Shown: positions 9,699-18,786 of the stretch, piece after piece | Layout: every line of letters begins with the position of its first letter | How positions within the stretch are numbered: position 1 is the first letter of the stretch | Assembly: GCA_038231275.1 (NCBI GenBank) | Contig: JBBRLQ010000033.1 | Coordinates: 12,377 to 76,376 of the forward strand | Source of the DNA: Polyangiales bacterium | GTDB lineage: Bacteria; Myxococcota_A; Polyangia; Polyangiales; Polyangiaceae | Reading direction: 5' to 3' | DNA length: 64,000 nucleotides | Notes under the pieces: generated by a model | Told to the model about the DNA's origin: nothing | What the model saw: the letters and a program-made list of their open reading frames with translations, nothing else | Databases searched by the model: none | Program-made: the position numbers and the translations under genes

Positions 9699-10676
9699 GT
9701 GCAAGACGTGACGACCGTGGAACCCGACGCCGCGAGCGAGCGCCGACCGTCGCTCGTCGCGAAGGGGCGCATAGGAGAGCGCCTCGTCGAAGGGCTCATC
9801 AAGGTCGTCGCGCTCGCGTCCATCGCGGCGGTGCTCCTCATCCTCGTCTTCGTCGGCAAGGAAGCGCTGCCGGTCCTGACGAGCGCGGTCGTCCACAAAG
9901 AGGTGAGCCTGGGCGGTCTCTTCGCGCCCCGCGACGGCGTCTTCGGTTGGCAGCCCGTCAGCGACATTCCCAAGTACAACATCGTCCCGCTCCTCGTCGG
10001 CAGCGCCAAGGTGACCCTGATCGCGCTCGTGTTCGCGGTTCCGATGAGCGTCGCCGCTGCGGTCTACGTATCGGAGATGGCGGGCAAGCGAACACGCGAG
10101 CTCTTGAAGCCGGCGATCGAGCTGCTCGCTGGCGTGCCCAGCGTGGTCGTCGGCTTTTTTGCGCTCGTCGTGCTCTCGTCGTGGGTGCAGGCGGCGTTCG
10201 GCACCGAGCATCGTCTGAACGCGCTCGTCGCCGGCATCGGCCTCGCGTTCGCGATCTGCCCGATCGTCTTCAGCGTCTCCGAGGACGCGCTGCGCGCCGT
10301 GCCGGGCTCGTACCGCACCGCCGCCATCGCGCTCGGCTCGACGCGATCGCAGACGACGCTGCGTGTGGTGCTACCGGCAGCCGGCCCCGGCATCGCGGCG
10401 GCCATCGTCCTCGGCTTCGGTCGCGCGATCGGCGAGACGATGATCGTGGTCCTCGCGTCGGGCAACGCCGCGCTCCTGGACGGCTCGCTCGACCACTCGG
10501 CGCGCACGATCACCGCGACGATCGCGCAAGAGCTCGGTGAGGTCGTCGTCGGGAGCCCGCACTACCACGTGCTCTTCTTCCTCGGCGCGGTCCTCTTCCT
10601 CTCTACCTTCGCCGTCAATTTCTTCGGCGAGCGGATGGTGCACGGGATGCGCGCACGCCTCGGAGGCTCACGATGA
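9699..10676 (+). CDS. pstC: Phosphate ABC transporter permease
   Basis: ELLAGVPSVVVG, SEDALRAVP, GRAIGETM. Confidence 0.92.
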   Translation: MQDVTTVEPDAASERRPSLVAKGRIGERLVEGLIKVVALASIAAVLLILVFVGKEALPVLTSAVVHKEVSLGGLFAPRDGVFGWQPVSDIPKYNIVPLLVGSAKVTLIALVFAVPMSVAAAVYVSEMAGKRTRELLKPAIELLAGVPSVVVGFFALVVLSSWVQAAFGTEHRLNALVAGIGLAFAICPIVFSVSEDALRAVPGSYRTAAIALGSTRSQTTLRVVLPAAGPGIAAAIVLGFGRAIGETMIVVLASGNAALLDGSLDHSARTITATIAQELGEVVVGSPHYHVLFFLGAVLFLSTFAVNFFGERMVHGMRARLGGSR

Positions 10677-11626
10677 GCGCCCAGACGCAGCCCACCACGA
10701 CGACGGTGTCCTGGGCCCGGCAGAATCGAAGCTTCATGGGCGATCGTGTCCTGTCGGTCCTGACGATCTCGGCCACCGTCGTGATCCTCCTCATGCTCGT
10801 CGTGATCCTCGGCGACGTGGTGATCGGCGGCGCGCGCGTCATCTCGTGGGAGTTCGTCAGCGCGGCGCCCACCCACGGGATGACGGCCGGCGGCATTTTC
10901 CCGGCGATCTTCGGCACCGTCGCGCTCACGCTGCTCATGACGATCGCGGCCGTCCCCGCCGGCGTCGCGACCGCGATCTACCTCGCCGAGTACGCGCCCG
11001 CGTCGTCGCGCCTCGCGCGCGCGATCCGGGTCTGCATCGCGAACCTCGCCGGTGTTCCTTCGATCGTGTTCGGCCTCTTCGGCCTCGGCTTTTTCATCTC
11101 GACCGTCGGCAAGGGCATCGACGACGCGGTGTTCGCCGGGCAGGCGACGTACGGCAAGCCGTCGCTCATCTGGGCCGCCCTCACCCTTTCCATCCTGACG
11201 TTGCCGGTCGTCGTCGTCGCGACCGAAGAGGCAATCCGGGCCGTGCCTCGCGACGTGCGTGACGCCAGCCTGGCGCTTGGCGCCACCAAGCTCCAGACAA
11301 TCTTCCGCGTCGTCCTCCCCGAGGCGCTCGGAGGGATCCTCACCGGCAGCATCCTCGCCGTGAGCCGCGGCGCGGGTGAGGTCGCGCCGATCCTCTTCAC
11401 CGGGGCCGCGTACTTTCTCCCCTATTTGCCGACGAATTTGAACGATCCGTTCATGAGCCTGGGCTACCACGTGTATGTCCTCGCGACGCAGTCGCCGGAC
11501 GTCGATCGCACGAAGCCGCTTCTTTACGGCACCGTGCTCGTCCTCTTGTCGCTCACCTTCCTCTTGAACTTCGTCGCCGTCGCGATCCGCGCGCGCACGC
11601 GTCGCCGCCTCAAGGCGTCGCTCTAG
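10673..11626 (+). CDS. pstA: Phosphate ABC transporter permease
   Basis: GGIFPAIFGT, NLAGVPSIVFG, EEAIRAVP, SRGAGEVAP. Confidence 0.92.
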   Translation: MSAQTQPTTTTVSWARQNRSFMGDRVLSVLTISATVVILLMLVVILGDVVIGGARVISWEFVSAAPTHGMTAGGIFPAIFGTVALTLLMTIAAVPAGVATAIYLAEYAPASSRLARAIRVCIANLAGVPSIVFGLFGLGFFISTVGKGIDDAVFAGQATYGKPSLIWAALTLSILTLPVVVVATEEAIRAVPRDVRDASLALGATKLQTIFRVVLPEALGGILTGSILAVSRGAGEVAPILFTGAAYFLPYLPTNLNDPFMSLGYHVYVLATQSPDVDRTKPLLYGTVLVLLSLTFLLNFVAVAIRARTRRRLKASL

Positions 11627-11635
11627 GAGACTTCC

Positions 11636-12352
11636 ATGCCGTCGTCACACACCAGCAGAGACTTCGAGGCCGAGCTCCGAGAGCTCCGCGCGCACACGCT
11701 GGCGATGGGGGCGCGGTGCGAGCGGAGCCTGCGCCTCGCCCTCGAGGCGTTCTGGACGCAGTCGGACAAGATCGTGGCCGAGGTGAAGGAGCTCGATTAC
11801 AAGATCGATCGCGACGAGGTGGACATCGACGCGCTCGTGCTCCGGATCCTCGCCCTTCGACAGCCCGTCGCGTACGACCTGCGACTTCTGGCCACCGCGC
11901 TCAAGCTGGTGACCGATCTCGAGCGCATCGGCGACGAGGCCGTCAACATCGCCGAGCGCGCCGAGGAGGCCCACGGGCAGTCGAAGGATCAGGTCCAGTC
12001 CGAGCTCCGCGCGATGGCCGATCACGCGCAGCAGATGCTCCGCGACGCGCTCGACGCGTTCGTCGAAGGGGATGTGCAGCGGGCCGCGCTCATTCGCAGC
12101 CGCGACGACGCGGTCGACGCGCTCTACGGAGAGATCCTCCGCGCGATGACCACGTTCATGGCCGCGCACCCCGAGGAGGTGATGCCGGCCGTGCGCGTCA
12201 TCAAGGTCGCGAAGTACATCGAGCGGATCGCCGATCACGCGACCAACATCGCCGAAGAGGTGATCTTCATGGTCCAGGGGGACGACGTTCGGCACCAGAC
12301 GTATCCGCCGCCGACCGCGTCGTCGAAGGTCCTCGGACGCGCCAAGGGATAG
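11636..12352 (+). CDS. phoU: Phosphate signalling protein PhoU
   Basis: QPVAYDLR, DLERIGD, ERIADHATNIAE. Confidence 0.95.
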   Translation: MPSSHTSRDFEAELRELRAHTLAMGARCERSLRLALEAFWTQSDKIVAEVKELDYKIDRDEVDIDALVLRILALRQPVAYDLRLLATALKLVTDLERIGDEAVNIAERAEEAHGQSKDQVQSELRAMADHAQQMLRDALDAFVEGDVQRAALIRSRDDAVDALYGEILRAMTTFMAAHPEEVMPAVRVIKVAKYIERIADHATNIAEEVIFMVQGDDVRHQTYPPPTASSKVLGRAKG

Positions 12353-12378
12353 CGGCGCGTAGCGGCATCACTCTTGCG

Positions 12379-12780
12379 ATGGGTGAGAGCATGAGCAGCC
12401 CCAACCTCTCCGCTTCGAGCGCGCGGCCTTCGGTGGACGCGCCCATCCGTCTCGCGATCGACGTCTCGCCCACCAGCGAGTCGCACTTCTTCGTCGGCCT
12501 CACGGGCGACCTGTCGCAGGGAGGCCTCTTCGTCGCGACGTACCGGGACCTCGCGGTCGGGACTCCGGTCATCGTCGCGTGCCGGCTGGGAGACGACGAG
12601 GGCGAGGACGAAGTCCTCCTCTTTGGGCTCGTCGCGTGGCAACGTGACGCGGGCGAGGGCGCCTTCCCGGGCATCGGGGTGCGCTTCGGCGATCTGTCGG
12701 GCCCGCGCCTCGCCGTCGTCGAGCGCTTCTGCCGCGCGCGCGCGCCGCTCTTCTACGAGGTCGATCTCGTCGCGGCCTGA
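12379..12780 (+). CDS. PilZ-domain protein, TIGR02266-like
   Basis: SESHFFVGLTGDLSQGGLFVAT, GIGVRF, RAPLFYE. Confidence 0.75.
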   Translation: MGESMSSPNLSASSARPSVDAPIRLAIDVSPTSESHFFVGLTGDLSQGGLFVATYRDLAVGTPVIVACRLGDDEGEDEVLLFGLVAWQRDAGEGAFPGIGVRFGDLSGPRLAVVERFCRARAPLFYEVDLVAA

Positions 12781-12796
12781 GGCGCTCAAACCCTCG

Positions 12797-12874
12797 TCAG
12801 CCCGTCACGCGGTGGACGAAGAATACGAGGACGAACGCGAGCGCGACCATGCCCATGGCGTCTACGGAGGTCAT
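12797..12874 (-). CDS. Putative 25-aa single-TM peptide (MTSVDAMGMVALAFVLVFFVHRVTG)
   Basis: Below the ORF-track cutoff; translated by hand. Nearly all codons end in G/C, hydrophobic core, Pho-box-like repeat upstream. Confidence 0.5.
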   Translation of the reverse strand: MTSVDAMGMVALAFVLVFFVHRVTG

Positions 12875-12898
12875 CACATTCGAAGGTGCGCCCGCAAC

Positions 12899-12915
12899 GT
12901 GACGGGCGCGTGAAC
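12899..12915 (-). promoter_or_regulatory. Pho box (minus strand)
   Basis: Reverse complement is GTTCAC-GCGCC-CGTCAC, the same half-sites as 7255-7271. Confidence 0.6.
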
Positions 12916-12999
12916 GACTGGGAAAAACCACGCGTCGACACGCGAACGTCACACCGGCGACGCGGAGGCGACGAGCGGGCCCTCCACATTCGGGTCGAA

Positions 13000-14751
13000 A
13001 TGAGCGCGCCCCGCTTCGCCGCGATCGACGTCGGATCCAACGCCCTGCGCCTGCGGATCGTGGAGGCCGACGAGCCCGGCGCTTGGCGCGAGATCGCGTC
13101 GATGAGGGTGCCGGTCCGGCTCGGCCGTGAGGTCTTCGTCACGCGGCGTCTTTCGGGCGGCGCGCTGGGCGACGCGTGCCGCGCGATGAAGTCCTTCCGC
13201 GAGCGCATGGATCAGGAGCGCGTGGTCGGCTACCGCGCCGTCGCTACAAGCGCGGTGCGTGAGGCTCAGAACGGCGCGACGCTCGCCGAACGCGCGCGCC
13301 GGGAGGCCGGCATCGATCTCGAGATCATCGAGGGCATCGAAGAAGCGCGCATCGTCGAGGAGGCGGTCGCGCGCGAGGTCCGTCTCGAAGGCCCGGCGCT
13401 CCTCGTCGACGTGGGTGGCGGCTCCACCGAGCTCACCGTCGTCGACGGCGGGGCGACGACGTTCTCGACCTCACTGCCCCTCGGCACCGTGCGCTTGCTC
13501 GAGACGTACCTCGCGGGCGGAGGCGTCGTGGAGAAGAAGACGCAGCGCTTGGTGCGCGAAGCGATCGATCGCGCGCTCTCTCCCGTGCTCCCCAAGCTGC
13601 TTCGCGCGCGCGTCGCCCACGTCGTCGGTACCGGCGGGAACGTGGACGCGCTGGCGTCGCTGTGCCCCGGCCGCGGCGCGAGCGTCGACGTTTCGGAGAT
13701 GAAGTCGCTCCTCGCGAAGATGGTGCAGATGACGCCGACCGCCCGCGAGCGCGAGTACGATCTGCGCCCCGATCGCGCGGACACCATCGTCCCGGCCGCG
13801 ATGATCTTCGCGCGCATTGCCGACGCGCTCGGCGTCGACCACGTCGCGGCGCCAGGGGTCGGCGTCAAGGAAGGCATCCTCCACGAGCTCGTCCTCCGGC
13901 ACTTCCAGGCCTGGGACGCCGCGGGCCACGACGCCGCGGTCCTCGACGCGTGCCGCGCGCTTGGCCGGAAATTCGAGTGGGACGAGGCGCACGGCGAGAA
14001 GGTCTGCGCGCTCGCCCGTCGCCTGTTCGACGATCTCGCCGCGGTGCACGGGCTGGGCGCCCGCGCTCGGCTGCTCCTCCAGGCCGGGGCGCTCTTGCAC
14101 GACGTCGGCGACTTCGTCCGCTACGACGGCCACCACAAGCACGGCTATTACCTCATCACCCACTCGGACATCATGGGCCTCTCGCCGCAGGAGCGCGCGG
14201 TCGTGGCCAACGTCGCGCGGTACCACCGCAAGAGCGCGCCGAGCGAGTCGCACGCGAACTTCCGTGAGCTCGGGCGAGAGGATCGGGAGACCGTGCGCGG
14301 GCTCGCCGCGATCCTGCGCATCGCCGACGCGCTCGATCGCGAGCACAAGGGCAAGGTCGTCGGCGTGAAGGCCACCGTCGGAAAGACCCGCGTGCGCCTG
14401 CACGTCGACGGCGCGGCGGATCGCGAGCTGGAGGAGTGGACCGTCCTCGAGAAGGCGGCGCTCTTCCGCGACGTGTTCGGTCTCGACGTCGTGCTCGCGC
14501 CTCAGGATCGGACGCGGCGCATCAGCCGGGCGATCGCCGCGGCGTTCCAGGCGGCGAAGCCCAAGAACATCACCACGAGCGCCACGGCCCAGCGTGCCTG
14601 GTCCGGCGCCTCGCCGTCGACGATGAGCCATGCGCCTGCGGGCACCGGCGTCCCCGTGCGCTCTGCGATCGCCGCGCGGAGGCCGCGATGGCGCGGACCG
14701 GTCGCGTCGAAGCGCATCAGCCGCCCGCGCAGCTCGGTCGGCGGAACGTAG
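13000..14751 (+). CDS. ppx: Exopolyphosphatase / Ppx-GppA family with HD domain
   Basis: AIDVGSN, ATSAVREA, DVGGGSTE, LLHDVG, HHKH, ARYHRK. The last ~80 codons overlap the convergent gene. Confidence 0.9.
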   Translation: MSAPRFAAIDVGSNALRLRIVEADEPGAWREIASMRVPVRLGREVFVTRRLSGGALGDACRAMKSFRERMDQERVVGYRAVATSAVREAQNGATLAERARREAGIDLEIIEGIEEARIVEEAVAREVRLEGPALLVDVGGGSTELTVVDGGATTFSTSLPLGTVRLLETYLAGGGVVEKKTQRLVREAIDRALSPVLPKLLRARVAHVVGTGGNVDALASLCPGRGASVDVSEMKSLLAKMVQMTPTAREREYDLRPDRADTIVPAAMIFARIADALGVDHVAAPGVGVKEGILHELVLRHFQAWDAAGHDAAVLDACRALGRKFEWDEAHGEKVCALARRLFDDLAAVHGLGARARLLLQAGALLHDVGDFVRYDGHHKHGYYLITHSDIMGLSPQERAVVANVARYHRKSAPSESHANFRELGREDRETVRGLAAILRIADALDREHKGKVVGVKATVGKTRVRLHVDGAADRELEEWTVLEKAALFRDVFGLDVVLAPQDRTRRISRAIAAAFQAAKPKNITTSATAQRAWSGASPSTMSHAPAGTGVPVRSAIAARRPRWRGPVASKRISRPRSSVGGT

Positions 14752-15167
14752 CGCGACGTCTCCTCGCCGGCGGGAACGCGAACCTCCACGTACACGTCGG
14801 GACGGCCGGCCACCGGCGTCACGCGGAACGAGTCCTCGACGAACGGGCGCTCGTACCGGATCGCTCCGGCCGCGCTCATCATGCCGCGCGCCTGCACGAA
14901 CGTGTTTGGCGCGAAGGCCCCGACCGGCGCGCTGCGGAGCTCGCCCAGATCGTTCTCCCGGGGGGCCGCAAACGCATAGGCCGCGTCACGCCAGAGCGAG
15001 GCCACCATCGCCACCGATGCGACCGCCGTGAGCGCCAAAACCAGGAGGGTCACCCGCCGCTCGCCGCGCGGCGGGTCCGGCAGGGCGACGAGCTCCGGAT
15101 CGACCTCGTCCGAGGCCTTCCCTAGCAATTCCAGCGAGTTGTCTTGAGTCGTCACGTCCGTCGGCAC
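14502..15167 (-). CDS. Hypothetical membrane protein (two TM segments)
   Basis: Two hydrophobic segments, GC3-rich frame, TATACT element upstream. Confidence 0.7.
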   Translation of the reverse strand: MPTDVTTQDNSLELLGKASDEVDPELVALPDPPRGERRVTLLVLALTAVASVAMVASLWRDAAYAFAAPRENDLGELRSAPVGAFAPNTFVQARGMMSAAGAIRYERPFVEDSFRVTPVAGRPDVYVEVRVPAGEETSRYVPPTELRGRLMRFDATGPRHRGLRAAIAERTGTPVPAGAWLIVDGEAPDQARWAVALVVMFLGFAAWNAAAIARLMRRVRS

Positions 15168-15260
15168 GGGATTTCGCTCCAGAGTATAGCGTGTTCGAAG
15201 GATGGGACAGCACGCCGCCGCAAATGTTCCGGCGTCCCAAGCTCTGCGTGTGGCCTACCC

Positions 15261-15827
15261 CTACTCGAGCGGATCGGCGTAGACGGCGTCGAGCGAGAGG
15301 CTGCAGTCAATCGCCGGCAGCGGCACCTTCCCCTCCTGGAAGTCGCGGAGGGTCCACGTGCCGTCCGCGCCGCGCGTGTACAGGATCACGATGCGCTCTT
15401 CTTGCGACACGAGAACGTACGCGCGAAGCGATGGAATCCGCCGGTAGTCGTGGTACTTGTGCTCGCGATCGGTCGCCTCGGTGCTCTTCGACATCACCTC
15501 GACGAGGACGATCGGGTTCGTGGCGGTGTTCTTGTCGGCGGTGTCGACCTCGAGCTTGCCGCACACGACGGTCACGTCGGGATACGTCGCGAGGCCGGTT
15601 TCGAGGACGCGCACCCGCAGGTCAGAGCTGAAGACGGCGCACGGCCGCCCCACCCGCTGGGCGCGTAGCTCGCCGCCGATGGTCATCGCGATGCGTGCGT
15701 GGCCAGGCGTGCCGCCGGCCATGGCGTACACGTAGCCGCCAATGTACTCGTGCTTCACGTCGCTCGCGGCGTCGATCGCGATGTACTCCTCGAACGAGAC
15801 CTTGGGCGGCGACGGCTGCGCGACCAT
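15261..15827 (-). CDS. Uma2 (DUF820) family putative endonuclease
   Basis: KHEYIGGYVYAMAGG, YPDVTVVCG, LVEVMSKSTEATDREHK, IPSLRAYVLV. Confidence 0.9.
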   Translation of the reverse strand: MVAQPSPPKVSFEEYIAIDAASDVKHEYIGGYVYAMAGGTPGHARIAMTIGGELRAQRVGRPCAVFSSDLRVRVLETGLATYPDVTVVCGKLEVDTADKNTATNPIVLVEVMSKSTEATDREHKYHDYRRIPSLRAYVLVSQEERIVILYTRGADGTWTLRDFQEGKVPLPAIDCSLSLDAVYADPLE

Positions 15828-15851
15828 GCCGAAGTCTAGCACGCCAGACTC

Positions 15852-15889
15852 GGCGCCAACGTTGGCGCCCCCGCCCGCCAACGTTGGCG
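15852..15889. repeat. Two tandem palindromes
   Basis: GGCGCCAACGTTGGCGCC (15852-15869) and CGCCAACGTTGGCG (15876-15889). Confidence 0.85.
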
Positions 15890-16057
15890 CCCAGCCGGTG
15901 GGAACGCTACGGAGCGCTCTGGCGCCAGGGCGGCCCGTGCGGGAAAAACCGCGACGGCGGGCCGGATGGGCGTTCGGACGCAAATTTAGGGCGGTGAGGC
16001 CGGGCGCCACCGTCGAGTTTGCGAAATGGTCCCCTCCCCTTGTAGGCTGCGGGGGTC

Positions 16058-16594
16058 ATGGCCTCCGCCAAAGCCGTCGCTTGCCCCTCGTGTGGCTTCC
16101 AGAAGAACCCTCCCAACTCCGCGCGCTGCGCGTCGTGTGGGGCGAAGATCGAGGCGCTCGGTAAGGCGCAGCGTTCCCGCGAGGAGGAGCTCGAACGCCG
16201 CTACCAGCAAGAGGGCGTCAGCGTGCAGTGGATGTTCATCGCCCTCGCCGTCCAGGGCGTGCTCACCGCAGCGCTCGTCTTCGGGCTGCCGATGGTGATT
16301 CCGGCGATCGACTTCGAGGGAGGCAACGGCATGGCCGTGTGCTTGCCGGTGTGGTTCATCGGCGGCCTGCTCGTGGGCATGATCTCGCCGGGCCGCACCT
16401 TCATCGAGCCGATGGTCGCGAGCTTCATGGTCGCCATCCCGTCGACGCTGCTGCTCGTGCAGAGCCAGACGGTGCGCATGATGCCGACGTTCCTCTATGT
16501 CATCTTCGCGGCGATCGGCATCCTGATGAGCCTGATCGGTGCGTATATCGGGGAGCGCATCCAGCTCGGCCCGCCGCCGAAGCCCGCCGACTGA
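16058..16594 (+). CDS. Zinc-ribbon membrane protein
   Basis: CPSC...CASC followed by four hydrophobic segments. Confidence 0.75.
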   Translation: MASAKAVACPSCGFQKNPPNSARCASCGAKIEALGKAQRSREEELERRYQQEGVSVQWMFIALAVQGVLTAALVFGLPMVIPAIDFEGGNGMAVCLPVWFIGGLLVGMISPGRTFIEPMVASFMVAIPSTLLLVQSQTVRMMPTFLYVIFAAIGILMSLIGAYIGERIQLGPPPKPAD

Positions 16595-16601
16595 GGTCAA
16601 G

Positions 16602-17789
16602 GTGTCCGCGCCGTTCGTCGTGATCGGCGGGGGTCCCGCGGGGGCCGTGGCGGCAGCGCGGCTAGGGCAGCTCGGCGAGCCCGTGATCGTGCTCGAGCGC
16701 GAGACGTTCCCGCGCTTTCGGCTCGGGGAGTCGCTCCTCCCGCAGTCGCTCCACGTGATGCAGGCGCTGGGGCTCTTGGACGCCATGAGCGCGCGGTTCA
16801 TGGTGAAGCGCGGGGCGCAGTTCTACGACGACGCATCCGGCAGGGTGACGCGCTTCTCGTTCGACGGGGCGTTCGACAACCGCTTCAGCCACGCCTTCCA
16901 GGTCCCGCGCGACGAGTTCGACGCGCTCCTCCTCGCGCGCGCCGCGGAGCTCGGCGCCGACGTGCGCCACGGGTGGACGGTGACGCGCGCGCGCACCGAT
17001 GGGGACCGCGTCGTCGGCGTCGTCGCGAACGATCCGGAGGGCCGTGAGCACACGCTCGACGCGCGCTTCGTGATCGACGCCTCGGGCCGCGACGCGCTCT
17101 TCGCCCACGGCGGACGCGCGACCGAGCGCTTGGCCGGCCTCGAGAACACTGCGCTCTATACGCATGTCCGGGGCATGGCGCGCGAGGAAGGCGAGCGCGA
17201 GGGCGACGTCCACATCGTCCTCTTCCGCGGCGGCTGGCACTGGGTCATTCCGTTCGCCGACGGGCGCAGCAGCGTCGGCGCCGTCGCCACCCGCGCGTGG
17301 GTGCGCGAACGCCCGGGAGCGTCGGTCCCCGAGATGTTCGCCCGCGCAATCGACGAGTCGGCCGCGATGCGCCGGCTCATGAAAGGGGCCGAGCCGCTCT
17401 GGCCTGTGCGCGCGGCCGCCGATTTCAGCTACCGCGTCGATCGCTCATTCGGCGACGGCTGGGTCGCGATCGGCGACGCCGGCGGCTTCATCGATCCGCT
17501 CTTCTCGACGGGCGTGCACATCGCGATGTGGGGCGCGTTCGAGGCGGTGCCGGCCATCTTGAACGGCGGCCTCGACGCGTGGGATGCCCGCGTGCGCGCC
17601 GGGGTCGGGCTGTTCCTCACCGCCGTGCGCGGCTTCTACAAGGGGGCCCTGCAGCCCTACATCTTCACCGACAACCCGCGCACGTACCTGAGGCGCGCGA
17701 TCACGTCGATGCTCTCGGGCGACGTCTTCAGCGAAGAGCGGTGGGCGCGCGACATGCGCGAGCGGCTCGGCGGTCTCGTCGGCGAGTGA
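16602..17789 (+). CDS. FAD-dependent oxidoreductase, flavin-dependent halogenase family
   Basis: GGGPAG, FPRFRLGESLLP, WHWVIP (WxWxIP), GDAGGFIDPLFSTG. Confidence 0.8.
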   Translation: MSAPFVVIGGGPAGAVAAARLGQLGEPVIVLERETFPRFRLGESLLPQSLHVMQALGLLDAMSARFMVKRGAQFYDDASGRVTRFSFDGAFDNRFSHAFQVPRDEFDALLLARAAELGADVRHGWTVTRARTDGDRVVGVVANDPEGREHTLDARFVIDASGRDALFAHGGRATERLAGLENTALYTHVRGMAREEGEREGDVHIVLFRGGWHWVIPFADGRSSVGAVATRAWVRERPGASVPEMFARAIDESAAMRRLMKGAEPLWPVRAAADFSYRVDRSFGDGWVAIGDAGGFIDPLFSTGVHIAMWGAFEAVPAILNGGLDAWDARVRAGVGLFLTAVRGFYKGALQPYIFTDNPRTYLRRAITSMLSGDVFSEERWARDMRERLGGLVGE

Positions 17790-17829
17790 GCCCTCAAGGT
17801 CGCCGGCGAACGTCCGTTCCCCCGTCAGG

Positions 17830-18327
17830 ATGAACGCCGCTCCGAAGATCGTCGACGCCGCATCTCCGTCCGTGTCCGTCGTCACCGTGGCCGATCTGAT
17901 GTCGCGCCGCGTGATCACCATCGACCCGGAGGCGCCGCTCGCCTTGGCGCGCGATCTGTTCCAGCGGCATCGGTTTCACCACATCCTGGTGACCGAAGGC
18001 ACGCGCCTGGTCGGGCTGATGAGCGATCGCGATCTGTTGAAGGGCCTGAGCCCGTTCCTCGATACGATGGCGGAGCGCGCGCTCGACGCCGACACGCTCA
18101 AGCGCAAAGTTCACACGCTCATGCAGCGCAAGGTCATCACCACGCCGCCGGACGCGACGATCGCGGCCGCCTCCGCGCGCATCGTGAAGCACGGCATCTC
18201 AAGCCTTCCCGTCATCGACGCGAAGGGCGCGCTCGTGGGCATCGTGACGTGGAAGGACATCCTGCGCTGGCTCGTGCACAGCGCGCAGGGCCCTGCCGGC
18301 TTGTCCCTGGCGCCTAGCGCCAAGTAG
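17830..18327 (+). CDS. CBS domain pair protein
   Basis: VADLMSRRVITI, LPVIDAKGALVGIVT. Confidence 0.85.
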   Translation: MNAAPKIVDAASPSVSVVTVADLMSRRVITIDPEAPLALARDLFQRHRFHHILVTEGTRLVGLMSDRDLLKGLSPFLDTMAERALDADTLKRKVHTLMQRKVITTPPDATIAAASARIVKHGISSLPVIDAKGALVGIVTWKDILRWLVHSAQGPAGLSLAPSAK

Positions 18328-18339
18328 GGAGCGCGTCGC

Positions 18340-18705
18340 TCAGTTGTCTTTTGCGTCGCGGACGCGGGCGGCCTTGCCCTGGAGCTCGCGCAAGTAGAAG
18401 AGACGCGCGCGGCGGACGACGCCCTTGCTCACGATCTCGATCTTCTCGATGCGCGGCGAGTGCGAGAGGAACACGCGCTCGACGCCGACGCTGAAGCTGA
18501 TCTTGCGCACGGTGAACGTGCTGCGGGCTCCGGCGCGGTGGCGCTTCAGGACGACGCCCTGGAAGACCTGGATGCGGTCCTTGTCGCCTTCGACGATCTT
18601 GTAGTGGACGCGGACGGTGTCGCCCACGCGAAACTCCGGCAACCCGGTGCGAAGCTGCTCGGCTTCGATCTGCTCGATGGTGGTCAGGTTCGCGGGGCTG
18701 TTCAT
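18340..18705 (-). CDS. rplS: 50S ribosomal protein L19
   Basis: [44 protein letters not shown] at 18776-18771 and a GGAG SD upstream. Confidence 0.97.
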   Translation of the reverse strand: MNSPANLTTIEQIEAEQLRTGLPEFRVGDTVRVHYKIVEGDKDRIQVFQGVVLKRHRAGARSTFTVRKISFSVGVERVFLSHSPRIEKIEIVSKGVVRRARLFYLRELQGKAARVRDAKDN

Positions 18706-18786
18706 CGGTCGAGTCTCCAAATGCCGTTTTCTATAGAAGGGTCGCAGCTTAAAGCACGCACCTTGCGGCCTGTCAACGCAGCGCCT

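Noticed and set aside
15261..15827. Uma2 nuclease as part of a defence island
   Set aside because: No methylase or other defence genes nearby; such genes are commonly scattered singletons.
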